Shown in pieces: positions 25,600-33,291 of a stretch of 41,274 bases of DNA. Both the position numbers and the translations under genes were made by a program. The notes beneath the pieces are model-generated. The model had not been told where the DNA came from, ran no database searches, and saw only the letters and a program-made list of their open reading frames with translations. Origin of the DNA: a virus; IMG/VR virus record IMGVR_UViG_3300045988_038418, positions 1-41,274 of that record. The stretch is one strand, 5' to 3'. Numbering within the stretch: the stretch's first letter is position 1; every line of letters begins with the position of its first letter.

Positions 25600-26060
25600 A
25601 TTATCCATACGGAAACATGAACATGAATAGTTATTCACAGTATCCGAATTTTGGTGTCGGATATAATCCACCTGTTCCTGATCAGCTGAGTCAGCTTCGG
25701 ATGCAGAACGCATTCAACCAGATGAATCAACCGGTTCAGCAGCAGCCGACCAATCCAGATGAACGGATCTGGGTACAGGGAGAGGGAGCAGCGCAGGCTT
25801 ATCTAGTAGCACCGAACGGATTTGTTCGATTGTGGGACAGCACGGCCCCGGTATTCTACGAAAAGAGAGCCGATCAGACGGGAAAACCGTATATGGAAGT
25901 GTTCGAATACACCCGAAAAGGTGCACAGACTCCGAATCCAGAGCCTAAACGGATGGATGCGGATAATGTTATAGAAAAACAGCTTAAGTCATTAGAAGAG
26001 CGTGTAGGCGTTCTTGAAAAGAGAGGAGCGATGACAAATGATGCAGCAGATTCCGAATAA
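25596..26060 (+). CDS. Hypothetical protein with a Q/N/P-rich low-complexity N-terminus
   Basis: ATGA overlap with the upstream gene. The first ~60 aa are Q/N/P-rich (MNYPYGNMNMNSYSQYPNFGVGYNPPVPDQ...). A globular segment and a short coiled coil follow. Confidence 0.55.
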   Translation: MNYPYGNMNMNSYSQYPNFGVGYNPPVPDQLSQLRMQNAFNQMNQPVQQQPTNPDERIWVQGEGAAQAYLVAPNGFVRLWDSTAPVFYEKRADQTGKPYMEVFEYTRKGAQTPNPEPKRMDADNVIEKQLKSLEERVGVLEKRGAMTNDAADSE

Positions 26061-26235
26061 TCCAATGCAGATGATACAGCAGTTCAATCAGTTCAAAAAC
26101 TCTTTCACGGGAGACCCGAAGCAGGCGGTTATGAACCTTTTGCAAAGTGGTCAAATGAATCAGGATCAGTTGAATCAGCTACAGTCGATGGCAAAGCAGT
26201 TCCAGTCCATCATGGGTGGAATGGAACATAAATGA
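26038..26235 (+). CDS. Small Q-rich hypothetical protein
   Basis: A GAGAGGAG RBS lies 9 nt upstream. It is 65 aa and 17 residues are Gln. Confidence 0.5.
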   Translation: MMQQIPNNPMQMIQQFNQFKNSFTGDPKQAVMNLLQSGQMNQDQLNQLQSMAKQFQSIMGGMEHK

Positions 26236-26282
26236 AAAAATCATGGCCAATGGTTTAATAGATAAAAAAGGAGTGTGTTTGA

Positions 26283-27038
26283 ATGAGCTTAACAACAAGT
26301 GAAATGACCCCTGCCGACTTTGCGGCGGTGACAGGCAATAACAACAATGGAACATGGGGCGACGGCGGTGCGTGGTGGATTATTATCCTTTTCCTCTTCG
26401 TTTTTTGCGGATGGGGCGGCAACGGCTTCGGAGGCAACAGAAACGGTGGCGGAGTAGTAGACGGATACGTCCTGACATCCGACTTCGCGAACATTGAAAG
26501 AAAAATTGACAACGTCAACAATGGCTTGTGCGACGGATTCTACGGACAGGCTCAGCTTGTGAACGGTGTGCAGCAGAATTTGAGCAACGGTTTCATGTCT
26601 GCGGAGATTTCCAGAGCCAACCAGCAGGCCGGACTGATGCAGCAGCTTAATGCTATGCAGATGCAGCAGGCTAATTGCTGCTGTGAGACAAGAGAAGCTA
26701 TTCAGGGCGTGAACTACAACCTTGCACAGCAGTCTTGCGAGACACGACAGAGTGTCAATACAGCCGCAAGAGATATCATCGACAATCAGAACGCCAACGC
26801 AAGAGCCATTCTCGATGCTATGACCGCACAGAGAATCGAAGCGAAGGATGCGAAGATTGCAGAGCAGAGCCAGCAGCTTTTTGCAGCACAGCTTGCAGCA
26901 AGTCAGGCGGCTCAGAATGATACGCTTAAAGCGTACATGACAGGCCAGTTTGCTTACTACAATCCAAGACCTGTTCCGGCATTCCCAGTTCCGGCACCTT
27001 ATCAGTACGGCAACTGTGGGAATGGCTGCGGATGCTAA
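26283..27038 (+). CDS. Membrane protein with a Gly-rich juxtamembrane segment, a Q-rich helical region and Cys clusters
   Basis: The transmembrane segment is WWIIILFLFVFCGW, followed by GGNGFGGNRNGGG. An internal NCCCETR...SCETR pair is present. The C-terminus is YGNCGNGCGC. No family was recognised. Confidence 0.6.
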   Translation: MSLTTSEMTPADFAAVTGNNNNGTWGDGGAWWIIILFLFVFCGWGGNGFGGNRNGGGVVDGYVLTSDFANIERKIDNVNNGLCDGFYGQAQLVNGVQQNLSNGFMSAEISRANQQAGLMQQLNAMQMQQANCCCETREAIQGVNYNLAQQSCETRQSVNTAARDIIDNQNANARAILDAMTAQRIEAKDAKIAEQSQQLFAAQLAASQAAQNDTLKAYMTGQFAYYNPRPVPAFPVPAPYQYGNCGNGCGC

Positions 27039-27106
27039 TTGAATAATGACATAAGGCAGCTTGTCGCATGACGACATGGTCAGCACTCCTCCGCTGATAC
27101 TGCTTA

Positions 27107-27138
27107 AGTGGCGGGGTGTTGCCCTGCCACTTTTTATT
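27107..27138 (+). terminator. Rho-independent terminator
   Basis: A 10-bp stem (AGTGGCGGGG / CCCTGCCACT, one G.U pair) with a 5-nt loop, followed by TTTTTATTT. Confidence 0.7.
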
Positions 27139-27155
27139 TAAAGGAGCGTGAAAAA

Positions 27156-27578
27156 ATGGCAGAATATACAAATTCTAATACAGTTCTAGTCGCCGCTGGC
27201 CAGAACATTCCTCTTACAGAGACAGCGGTCAAAGGTGGATGCGGCATTATTCACAGAGAGGGTGCCGGCATCGTAACACTAAGAGGCACGACGAATCAGT
27301 GCAAGGCCCGCTATAGAGTCAGCTTTGGCGGCAATATCGCTATACCTACAGGCGGCACAGTTGAAGCTATCTCCGTGGCTCTGGCGATTGACGGGGAGCC
27401 TCTTAATTCAGCAACTGCGATCGTCACACCGGCTGCGGTAGAAAACTTTTTCAACGTCTATGTTGCGTCTTATATCGACGTACCTAGAGGGTGCTGCGTG
27501 ACGGTTGCATTAGAGAATGTATCCACAGAGGCTATTAATATCAGCAACGCGAACATGATCGTTGAGCGAGTTGCATAA
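27156..27578 (+). CDS. Beta-rich protein resembling the BclA C-terminal (TNF/C1q-like) exosporium domain
   Basis: It is 140 aa with alternating hydrophobic beta-strand patterns. The C-terminus NANMIVERVA resembles the B. anthracis BclA end ...SASIIIEKVA as recalled from memory. There is no collagen-like region. Confidence 0.45.
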   Translation: MAEYTNSNTVLVAAGQNIPLTETAVKGGCGIIHREGAGIVTLRGTTNQCKARYRVSFGGNIAIPTGGTVEAISVALAIDGEPLNSATAIVTPAAVENFFNVYVASYIDVPRGCCVTVALENVSTEAINISNANMIVERVA

Positions 27579-27591
27579 TGGAGGTGTGAAC

Positions 27592-28008
27592 ATGAACAAA
27601 AATACATTGTATGACCTGAAAGAAATGCTCTGCAAAGAGCTTGATGAGATTGCTAAGAAAGGCGAAATGAGTGCCGGAGACCTTGAGACAGTGCATAAGC
27701 TTACTGATACCGTCAAGAACATTGAAAAAATCATGTATATCGACGACAACGGTTATTCGATGGACGGCGATTGGAGATCATCCGGCACATATGCCCGTGA
27801 TGGAATGCGGATGGACGACCGAGGTATGAGTTATGCGAACAGAGGACGTCACTATGTTCGAGGCCATTATTCCAGGGGAGACGGACGAGAAATGAGTAGA
27901 TGTCGTGACTATCTTTCTGATCAGATCAGAGATATGATGGACCGTGACGATCTCTCTCAGACGGATAGAGCGTCGCTTAAAAGGGCACTGGAAGAATTAC
28001 AGGGATAG
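27592..28008 (+). CDS. Hypothetical protein with a helical N-terminus and an R/G/D/Y-rich middle
   Basis: ATG 27592 follows a GGAGGTG RBS. It is 138 aa with no family recognised. Confidence 0.55.
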   Translation: MNKNTLYDLKEMLCKELDEIAKKGEMSAGDLETVHKLTDTVKNIEKIMYIDDNGYSMDGDWRSSGTYARDGMRMDDRGMSYANRGRHYVRGHYSRGDGREMSRCRDYLSDQIRDMMDRDDLSQTDRASLKRALEELQG

Positions 28009-28011
28009 GCG

Positions 28012-28362
28012 GTGAAAGGCGTGGATTTGAACGAGATTAATGCTGAGATTGCGAAGCTTGAAGCGGGCGGCACAAATTATGCAGTCTGCGAAAAACTGGC
28101 GTGCCTCTATACGGTCCGTGACGGGCTTCAGAATGTAAGAGAGCCGGAACGGACAAGGAATGAATACAGCTATGCTTCAAATCCACGCCAGATAGTCGCA
28201 GACGAGCCTCAGAGCGAATTCTCTCAGGCTGCTTACAGTGTGCCTGTAGATGCGCTTATATCCGTCATGGATGAGCACATGGAAGCGATACGGGCTATAT
28301 ACCCGAAAGAATACAGCGCCATTGTTGAGCGCCTGAAAAACGAAAGAAGGGCGGGAGATTAG
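28012..28362 (+). CDS. Hypothetical protein
   Basis: GTG 28012 lies 4 nt after the upstream stop. TTG 28027 is an alternative start. The gene ends inside a terminator hairpin. Confidence 0.5.
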   Translation: MKGVDLNEINAEIAKLEAGGTNYAVCEKLACLYTVRDGLQNVREPERTRNEYSYASNPRQIVADEPQSEFSQAAYSVPVDALISVMDEHMEAIRAIYPKEYSAIVERLKNERRAGD

Positions 28363-28376
28363 TCCCGTCCTTTTTA
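28349..28376 (+). terminator. Rho-independent terminator at a convergent gene junction
   Basis: The stem GGGCGGGA / TCCCGTCC has one G.U pair and is followed by TTTTTA. It closes the + strand cassette opposite the end of the - strand operon. Confidence 0.65.
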
Positions 28377-28382
28377 TAGTTG

Positions 28383-28745
28383 TTAAGCTCTAACGGCTTC
28401 CCTCATAAGCTTCCAGACACCCTGAGTCATTACTTCTATAAGTTCGCCGTTTGATTCCTCAAGCTGGTTATATCCCTCTTCGAAAGAATCTAAAAGACTG
28501 TCCACGAAATTCTGATCGGAGTAACTGAGAGTTTTATAATCCACCAGTTCCCCGTCGTGGTAAATTTCGATCACTTTTGAAGGGTCAGAATAGTATTTTT
28601 CGCCCTTTGAGGCATCCCCGTTCCACGTCTCTCTTTCTATGAGCTTGCTGTAATCAATCGGTTCTTCCGGTTCCAATTCTTCGGACATTCTTTTTAATGC
28701 CCCAATCATTTTGTCATCTATTTGCATCTTTTCACCATTAGCCAT
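28383..28745 (-). CDS. Acidic hypothetical protein (121 aa), last gene of leftward operon 2
   Basis: The start is the internal Met of the 154-aa track ORF. It lies 1 nt after the upstream TAA, which suggests translational coupling. Confidence 0.55.
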   Translation of the reverse strand: MANGEKMQIDDKMIGALKRMSEELEPEEPIDYSKLIERETWNGDASKGEKYYSDPSKVIEIYHDGELVDYKTLSYSDQNFVDSLLDSFEEGYNQLEESNGELIEVMTQGVWKLMREAVRA

Positions 28746-28746
28746 T

Positions 28747-28977
28747 TTATTTACCCCATCCGTTAAGTGTGCAAGCGTTCCCCATTCCATCTTCCCAACC
28801 ATCGCTGATTGGTTCAAAACCTGCATCCAATCTTTCGATACAGGCATTCATATCATCAACGGTCTCGGGATATACAGTCCCAAGATAATTTCCTTTATAC
28901 ACTTTGAAGCAGTGTACGTTATGGTCGTACTCGCTTTCGTATACTTCGATTCCATTCTCAAATTTCCATTCTTTCAT
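28747..28977 (-). CDS. Small acidic hypothetical protein (76 aa)
   Basis: A GAGGAGG RBS is present and the gene is tightly coupled to its neighbours. A DGWEDGMGN motif is present. No family was recognised. Confidence 0.55.
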   Translation of the reverse strand: MKEWKFENGIEVYESEYDHNVHCFKVYKGNYLGTVYPETVDDMNACIERLDAGFEPISDGWEDGMGNACTLNGWGK

Positions 28978-28980
28978 TTT

Positions 28981-29178
28981 TTATTCCTCCTCTATATTTC
29001 TATATTCTGTAATGAAGTTTTTTTCATCACATTCAGAAAGTATGCCATTAGGTACATACTTCCATTCTCTAGTATATGGAAGAATAGTTCCTCCGAAATA
29101 GGCCTCCGTAACAATTCCGCATCCGACCGCTTCGCGATTATTAACCGCAGTAGTTCTAATTTCGTATTTCATCTTCAT
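28981..29178 (-). CDS. Small hypothetical protein (65 aa), first gene of leftward operon 2
   Basis: An AAGGAGG RBS is present, about 25 nt downstream of the predicted promoter. Confidence 0.55.
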   Translation of the reverse strand: MKMKYEIRTTAVNNREAVGCGIVTEAYFGGTILPYTREWKYVPNGILSECDEKNFITEYRNIEEE

Positions 29179-29201
29179 TTCCTCCTTGGTTTCTCTTCTT
29201 C

Positions 29202-29241
29202 AACTGTCTTTATTATATCATAGTGGACACCACTAGTCAAG
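29202..29241 (-). promoter_or_regulatory. Consensus sigma-70-type promoter (copy 2) with a palindromic operator in the spacer
   Basis: On the - strand: TTGACT (29240-29235), a 17-nt spacer, TATAAT (29217-29212). The spacer contains the palindrome TAGTGG-n3-CCACTA (29221-29235). The 40-bp block matches 30380-30419 at 39 of 40 positions. Confidence 0.7.
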
Positions 29242-29424
29242 CGCTTTTTTGTCCTTTTCTATGATTATTTTACCATCCTCTAAGGTCATCAAAACGCCTC
29301 TGTCTTCTTCAGTGATCCCAAGTGCCCTTACCATGGCAACTGGGATGGAAACGCGGTAGTTTTTTGTGTCTTTGCCGGATGTCCCTCCGGCTTTGTTTAT
29401 CATTATATTTCTATTTACTTTCAT
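29233..29424 (-). CDS. AbrB/MazE/SpoVT-type DNA-binding protein (63 aa)
   Basis: The segment YRVSIPVAMVRALGITEEDRGVLMTLEDGKIIIEK is the swapped-hairpin AbrB-like pattern. ATG 29424 has a GAGGG RBS. Its last codons overlap the -35 and operator of the downstream promoter. Confidence 0.65.
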   Translation of the reverse strand: MKVNRNIMINKAGGTSGKDTKNYRVSIPVAMVRALGITEEDRGVLMTLEDGKIIIEKDKKALD

Positions 29425-29950
29425 CTTTTTTGCCCTCATTATATTTTTTTCTCGCATTGTTCTCTTCGCTCCAAGATAGCAGTATCCAACCTTTGTATTG
29501 AGAATAGCCACGTTTTCTCTTTCCAAGAAAAGTTCTTTTTATATCTATAATTCCTCCATAAAACCTGATAGGTGATGACGGCAAGATCTCCTCATTATCT
29601 CTTGCCCATTTTTTTAAATTGTCGATTTCATACACAACTCCTTCAGGCGATCGTATCACCCAGCTTTTTGCTTGGGTATTTGTCTCAAATCGTCCACTAT
29701 TCGGACTTTTAGAAGCTGCTTCGTGAGCCAAAATGAGCCTTTTGGCTGACGATCTCGTTCTTCCGATTTTGGATCTTTCCAAATGCTCGCAAGCCTTACT
29801 ACATGTTTTCTTCTCGGATGACGGGCTTGCGTAAAATTTTTTCCCACATACTACGCAAGTTTTCATATTTTTTATATATGAAACCCTGCATTCCTGGGAA
29901 CAGTAGTATTTATTTCTACCGGTATCTTTTCCGCAGTTTAAACATTTCAT
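29411..29950 (-). CDS. Zinc-ribbon protein (two CxxC...C..C units) with a NUMOD-like C-terminal segment
   Basis: The zinc-ribbon units are CLNCGK...YCSQEC and CVVCGKKF...CSKAC. KSWVIRSPEGVVYEIDNLKKWARDN resembles DNA-binding modules associated with homing endonucleases. Confidence 0.5.
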   Translation of the reverse strand: MKCLNCGKDTGRNKYYCSQECRVSYIKNMKTCVVCGKKFYASPSSEKKTCSKACEHLERSKIGRTRSSAKRLILAHEAASKSPNSGRFETNTQAKSWVIRSPEGVVYEIDNLKKWARDNEEILPSSPIRFYGGIIDIKRTFLGKRKRGYSQYKGWILLSWSEENNARKKYNEGKKDESK

Positions 29951-29964
29951 AATATATCCCCGGA

Positions 29965-30348
29965 TTAAAACTCATAATTAGCTACGAACCATTTCATTGT
30001 TTCAAAAAAATCACCTTTTGAGAATTCACTTACAATCTGATTGTTGTTATTGCAGTTGATGTAACCAACAGTACGGTTTTTGTAATCAGATACATAAACT
30101 CTTTTGTGACCATATTTTTCCCACATTTTGAAAGTGAGATAGTTGCTTTCGTCGTCATTGTTTGTTCCGCAATTTGGATTACATTCTCCGTTTGCGTCTA
30201 CGATAGCAACTTCGGATTTTCCTTCGAATTTGATCATTGTATGCTTTGCTTCCTCCCATGCTTTTTTGAGGCCAGAAGAAATTGTCATACCCATTTTCTT
30301 AACCAGTTCCCAAGCTCTTTTCATGATTTTTGATAAATTGTATTTCAT
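29965..30348 (-). CDS. Hypothetical protein (127 aa), first gene of leftward operon 1
   Basis: An AAGGAGGAAG RBS is present, about 35 nt downstream of promoter copy 1. Confidence 0.55.
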   Translation of the reverse strand: MKYNLSKIMKRAWELVKKMGMTISSGLKKAWEEAKHTMIKFEGKSEVAIVDANGECNPNCGTNNDDESNYLTFKMWEKYGHKRVYVSDYKNRTVGYINCNNNNQIVSEFSKGDFFETMKWFVANYEF

Positions 30349-30379
30349 AATTTCTTCCTCCTTGAATGTTGTCTTCCTT

Positions 30380-30419
30380 AACTGTCTTTATTATACCATA
30401 GTGGACACCACTAGTCAAG
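30380..30419 (-). promoter_or_regulatory. Consensus sigma-70-type promoter (copy 1) with the same palindromic operator
   Basis: On the - strand: TTGACT (30418-30413), a 17-nt spacer, TATAAT (30395-30390). The operator TAGTGG-n3-CCACTA is at 30399-30413. Confidence 0.7.
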
Positions 30420-30448
30420 GGGTAAAACCAAAAAAATATAAAAATATA

Positions 30449-30490
30449 TACAACATGAGTATGCAGATGAATCCGAATACTCATGATGTA
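30449..30490. repeat. Imperfect 14-bp inverted repeat with a 14-bp spacer just downstream of int. It is either the int terminator or a candidate attP.
   Basis: TACAACATGAGTAT (30449-30462) and ATACTCATGATGTA (30477-30490) are complementary at 13 of 14 positions. On the - strand the hairpin is followed by a T-rich tract. Confidence 0.4.
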
Positions 30491-30502
30491 TATCTGAAAG
30501 CG

Positions 30503-32008
30503 TCAAATTAAAAGCTCTATATCGAGCGCGTATGATGGTTTTTCTTTTCTGCCTAAAAATATATAATCTATCCTTTTCACAGCGTTTTTGAGAAGTATAT
30601 TTTTCTCTTCCGCTGAAAGATCATCGTTCCTGAGTCCATCAACCGCGGCTCGTAATCTAATAACTTGATCATTGTAATTTATACGCTTCGGCCGGTTCTT
30701 CTTTAATGCGTCTATCTTTTGACTCAGATCATTCATCTCCGCCCTGATAGAGCTGTTACGCTCTAAAAAAACATCTTCCGAATAGATTCCCTTTTCAAGG
30801 AGGTCATATTGCTTCTTTTCTTGCTCTGCCATCGATTGTAGTTCATCTTCCATCCTCTGTATCTGCTTTGTGTAAATGCTGTCATCGTCCGAATCACTGC
30901 TGTTTGTTCTTGCTTCTAATTCTATAGAAATCGACTCAAGCGAATTGGAGACGTTCTTTATCGCTTCGTCCAGGTAAGCAGACTTTCCTCCACACCCTTT
31001 TGTCCGGCATTCTATACGGTCCTTCGTGTTTCCCTTGTAAGGGTGCCGCGTCATTGATCGGCCACATTCAGAACAGTATACCAGTCCAGCTAGCGGGTTT
31101 TTGATCGCGTGATCTATGTGTGCACGAGGATCGTTTCTCAGCATTTCCTGTACACCGTCATATACATATTCTTTTACAAGGCCCTTGTGTCTCCCTTTTA
31201 CTAATACAACGTCTTCGGGGTCGGCCGTGCTTTTCTTTCTTACAAGATGCCCGTCTTCGTATGAAAATTCGGTTTTTGTATACGCAAAACGGACGTATCC
31301 TTTGTAATGAGGATTCTGAAGAATGAAACTCACAGAAGAACGCTCCCACTTTTTGCCTCGTGGCGGCTTGACGTTTATGCTGTTTAGATAGAACGCAATT
31401 CGTCCCAGACTTTTGTGTTCAAAAAATTTCATGTCAAAAATTTTCGTTACGACCCAACCGAACTCACCGACTTCCAGTGTCGGGCCGATTTCGTCATTCG
31501 CCTTTTCATAACCGTATGGCGGTATGCTGCCGATAAAATTCCCCTTCTGAGCCGACAGGACTCGACCTCGCCAAAGTATTTCTTTCGTATACTCAAGATA
31601 GTCATTCCCTCGCATTAGTTCCTGTTCAAAAAATTTACGCTGCATTTTGTTCGACAGGTCGTATTCCATCTGAAGGGTTATAATGCGTGTGTTCGAGTAC
31701 CTGAAAGCGTTTTCGACCTTTCCACAGTCTTCCAGATCACCTCTTGTGAGTCGCTGCGGTTCGACAGTAAGAACAGCCTTAACATTGTCAGATTCGATGA
31801 TCCGCAGCAGCTCTATCATCTTCGGACGTTCAATGATAGTTTCGCCGGATACGACTTCGCGAAGAATGTGATCTTCGCGGATGCGATAGCCGAGCTTTTT
31901 CAGTGCCAGTTCCTGAAGCATAGTTTCGTGCCTGGCAAGTACATCCTCTACAGATTCAAGAGGACTGTCAGCCCGACTTTTTCTTAGATATATATAATAT
32001 TCGTACAT
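30503..32008 (-). CDS. int: Large serine recombinase (integrase)
   Basis: The N-terminal resolvase domain (YIYLRKSRADS with the catalytic Ser context), a recombinase domain, the zinc ribbon CSECGRSM...C...C and a C-terminal coiled coil are present. Length is 501 aa. Confidence 0.9.
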   Translation of the reverse strand: MYEYYIYLRKSRADSPLESVEDVLARHETMLQELALKKLGYRIREDHILREVVSGETIIERPKMIELLRIIESDNVKAVLTVEPQRLTRGDLEDCGKVENAFRYSNTRIITLQMEYDLSNKMQRKFFEQELMRGNDYLEYTKEILWRGRVLSAQKGNFIGSIPPYGYEKANDEIGPTLEVGEFGWVVTKIFDMKFFEHKSLGRIAFYLNSINVKPPRGKKWERSSVSFILQNPHYKGYVRFAYTKTEFSYEDGHLVRKKSTADPEDVVLVKGRHKGLVKEYVYDGVQEMLRNDPRAHIDHAIKNPLAGLVYCSECGRSMTRHPYKGNTKDRIECRTKGCGGKSAYLDEAIKNVSNSLESISIELEARTNSSDSDDDSIYTKQIQRMEDELQSMAEQEKKQYDLLEKGIYSEDVFLERNSSIRAEMNDLSQKIDALKKNRPKRINYNDQVIRLRAAVDGLRNDDLSAEEKNILLKNAVKRIDYIFLGRKEKPSYALDIELLI

Positions 32009-32196
32009 TTTATTTTTCCTCTTTTTTGTTGTAATTTTTAATTTTCACAGTATAATAAAAATTGAGGTAAGTTTTCATCTTTTCTCTTATTGTAATCAAA
32101 TACATACATTTACTTCCAGCTACATGCTTATTTTTCGTACATTTTATGTCATGTAGAAACTCCTTTCGATAGAAGCCCCGACGCCAAACGGGGCTT

Positions 32197-32817
32197 TTAT
32201 TTTTTCCCTTTTTCACCAATCTCGTTCTCGTTTGGGAGCACAATTGTGTAACACCCTTTTCCGTCAATAACTGCCTGCCGTCCCCGCTTGATCGCAAGAT
32301 TCAGAAGGCTCATGTTCGGTTGCACGTGTGCCGGATTGTTCAAGATGTCTTTCGATTCTGACACTTCATAACTTATCGCTATGCTTGCGGCGATGTTTAA
32401 CCTGTATTCCAGCGGTGTCTGCAAGTAGGCCGTCAGCATTTCTAGGATACAGATCGGGGACGATCCGTGGCAGCCTTGCAGGATGTATAGAAGTTTCCGT
32501 TTCTGATCCACAGTTAGATTAGATACAAGCGTCAGAAGCGCAATCCCGACATCCTTTTCATTCGCACCGGGTTCGATCCGATCAAATTCGTACGGATAGA
32601 GAAGCTTCAAATAATACGGCATCGGCTGGACACCGAGAACCATGAACCACTCAAAACCCATTTGCTGAGACGGGCAAGACGTCCCGTTCTCCCAGTTCTG
32701 GACCGTCTTTTTACTTACTCCCAGAGCTTTTGCCATATAATCCTGACTTTTCCCTGCAGATTCCCTTGATTTTCTCCACATTTTTGCAAACTTTTCCGAA
32801 ATGTCATATTTTTTCAT
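32197..32817 (-). CDS. XRE-family HTH regulator with an uncharacterised C-terminal domain of about 140 aa
   Basis: The HTH is SQDYMAKALGVSKKTVQNWENG. No S24 peptidase motif is visible. It is divergent from a small + strand ORF. Confidence 0.7.
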   Translation of the reverse strand: MKKYDISEKFAKMWRKSRESAGKSQDYMAKALGVSKKTVQNWENGTSCPSQQMGFEWFMVLGVQPMPYYLKLLYPYEFDRIEPGANEKDVGIALLTLVSNLTVDQKRKLLYILQGCHGSSPICILEMLTAYLQTPLEYRLNIAASIAISYEVSESKDILNNPAHVQPNMSLLNLAIKRGRQAVIDGKGCYTIVLPNENEIGEKGKK

Positions 32818-32949
32818 ATTAAAGCACTTCCTTAAACTGTCATATTTCGGCGTAAATTATTTCCCTCTTTTTTGCATTAAATTGATAATTATGCAAATCC
32901 GACTGATTTGATAGAATATAAGCGTAACTAATATATAGAAACGTTAAAA

Positions 32950-33144
32950 ATGATTGGGATGGTGCACATGAACAAGAAGAAGCAGATCAGGGAGATTGAG
33001 CAGATGCTCCTTGATGCGGACTGTGACACCGTAACGGCTGTTCACAGTGTATTGTCGAGGCTCAGGAAGCCTCGTGATGAACGAACGTGTTGGTTTTTTA
33101 AGCTTGCGGGCAAAATTGGCAAGCGATTCAGAAAGCGGGTTTAA
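32950..33144 (+). CDS. Small basic hypothetical protein
   Basis: It is divergent from the XRE gene. The start could be 32950 or 32968. No family was recognised. Confidence 0.35.
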   Translation: MIGMVHMNKKKQIREIEQMLLDADCDTVTAVHSVLSRLRKPRDERTCWFFKLAGKIGKRFRKRV

Positions 33145-33150
33145 TAGTAT

Positions 33151-33291
33151 ATGAGTAACGATGACCTAAAAATGTACATTAAGAAGCACATTGACGAGAT
33201 AGAAGACAGCTCGCTGCTGCTTTTCATCTACAAGTTGATAATCAACTTGATATCGTTGTATCAACTCAATTCAGTTGATGAATTCAGTTGA
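33151..33291 (+). CDS. Possible 46-aa ORF, too short for the ORF track
   Basis: The translation is MSNDDLKMYIKKHIDEIEDSSLLLFIYKLIINLISLYQLNSVDEFS*. Its 3' half coincides with a dense GTTGAT/ATCAAC motif cluster, so the open frame may be incidental. Confidence 0.25.
   Translation: MSNDDLKMYIKKHIDEIEDSSLLLFIYKLIINLISLYQLNSVDEFS

Noticed and set aside
26289-27086. A 265-aa ORF on the - strand.
   Set aside because: It lies entirely antisense to the better-supported + strand gene 26283..27038, which has an RBS, a transmembrane segment and operon context. It has no RBS, and its low-complexity Cys/Leu-rich translation mirrors the CAG/GCA-rich sense strand.
28711-29223. A 170-aa + strand ORF, F/S/I-rich.
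   Set aside because: It is antisense to three tightly coupled - strand genes that have strong RBSs and a consensus promoter. Its translation is low-complexity and it lacks an RBS.
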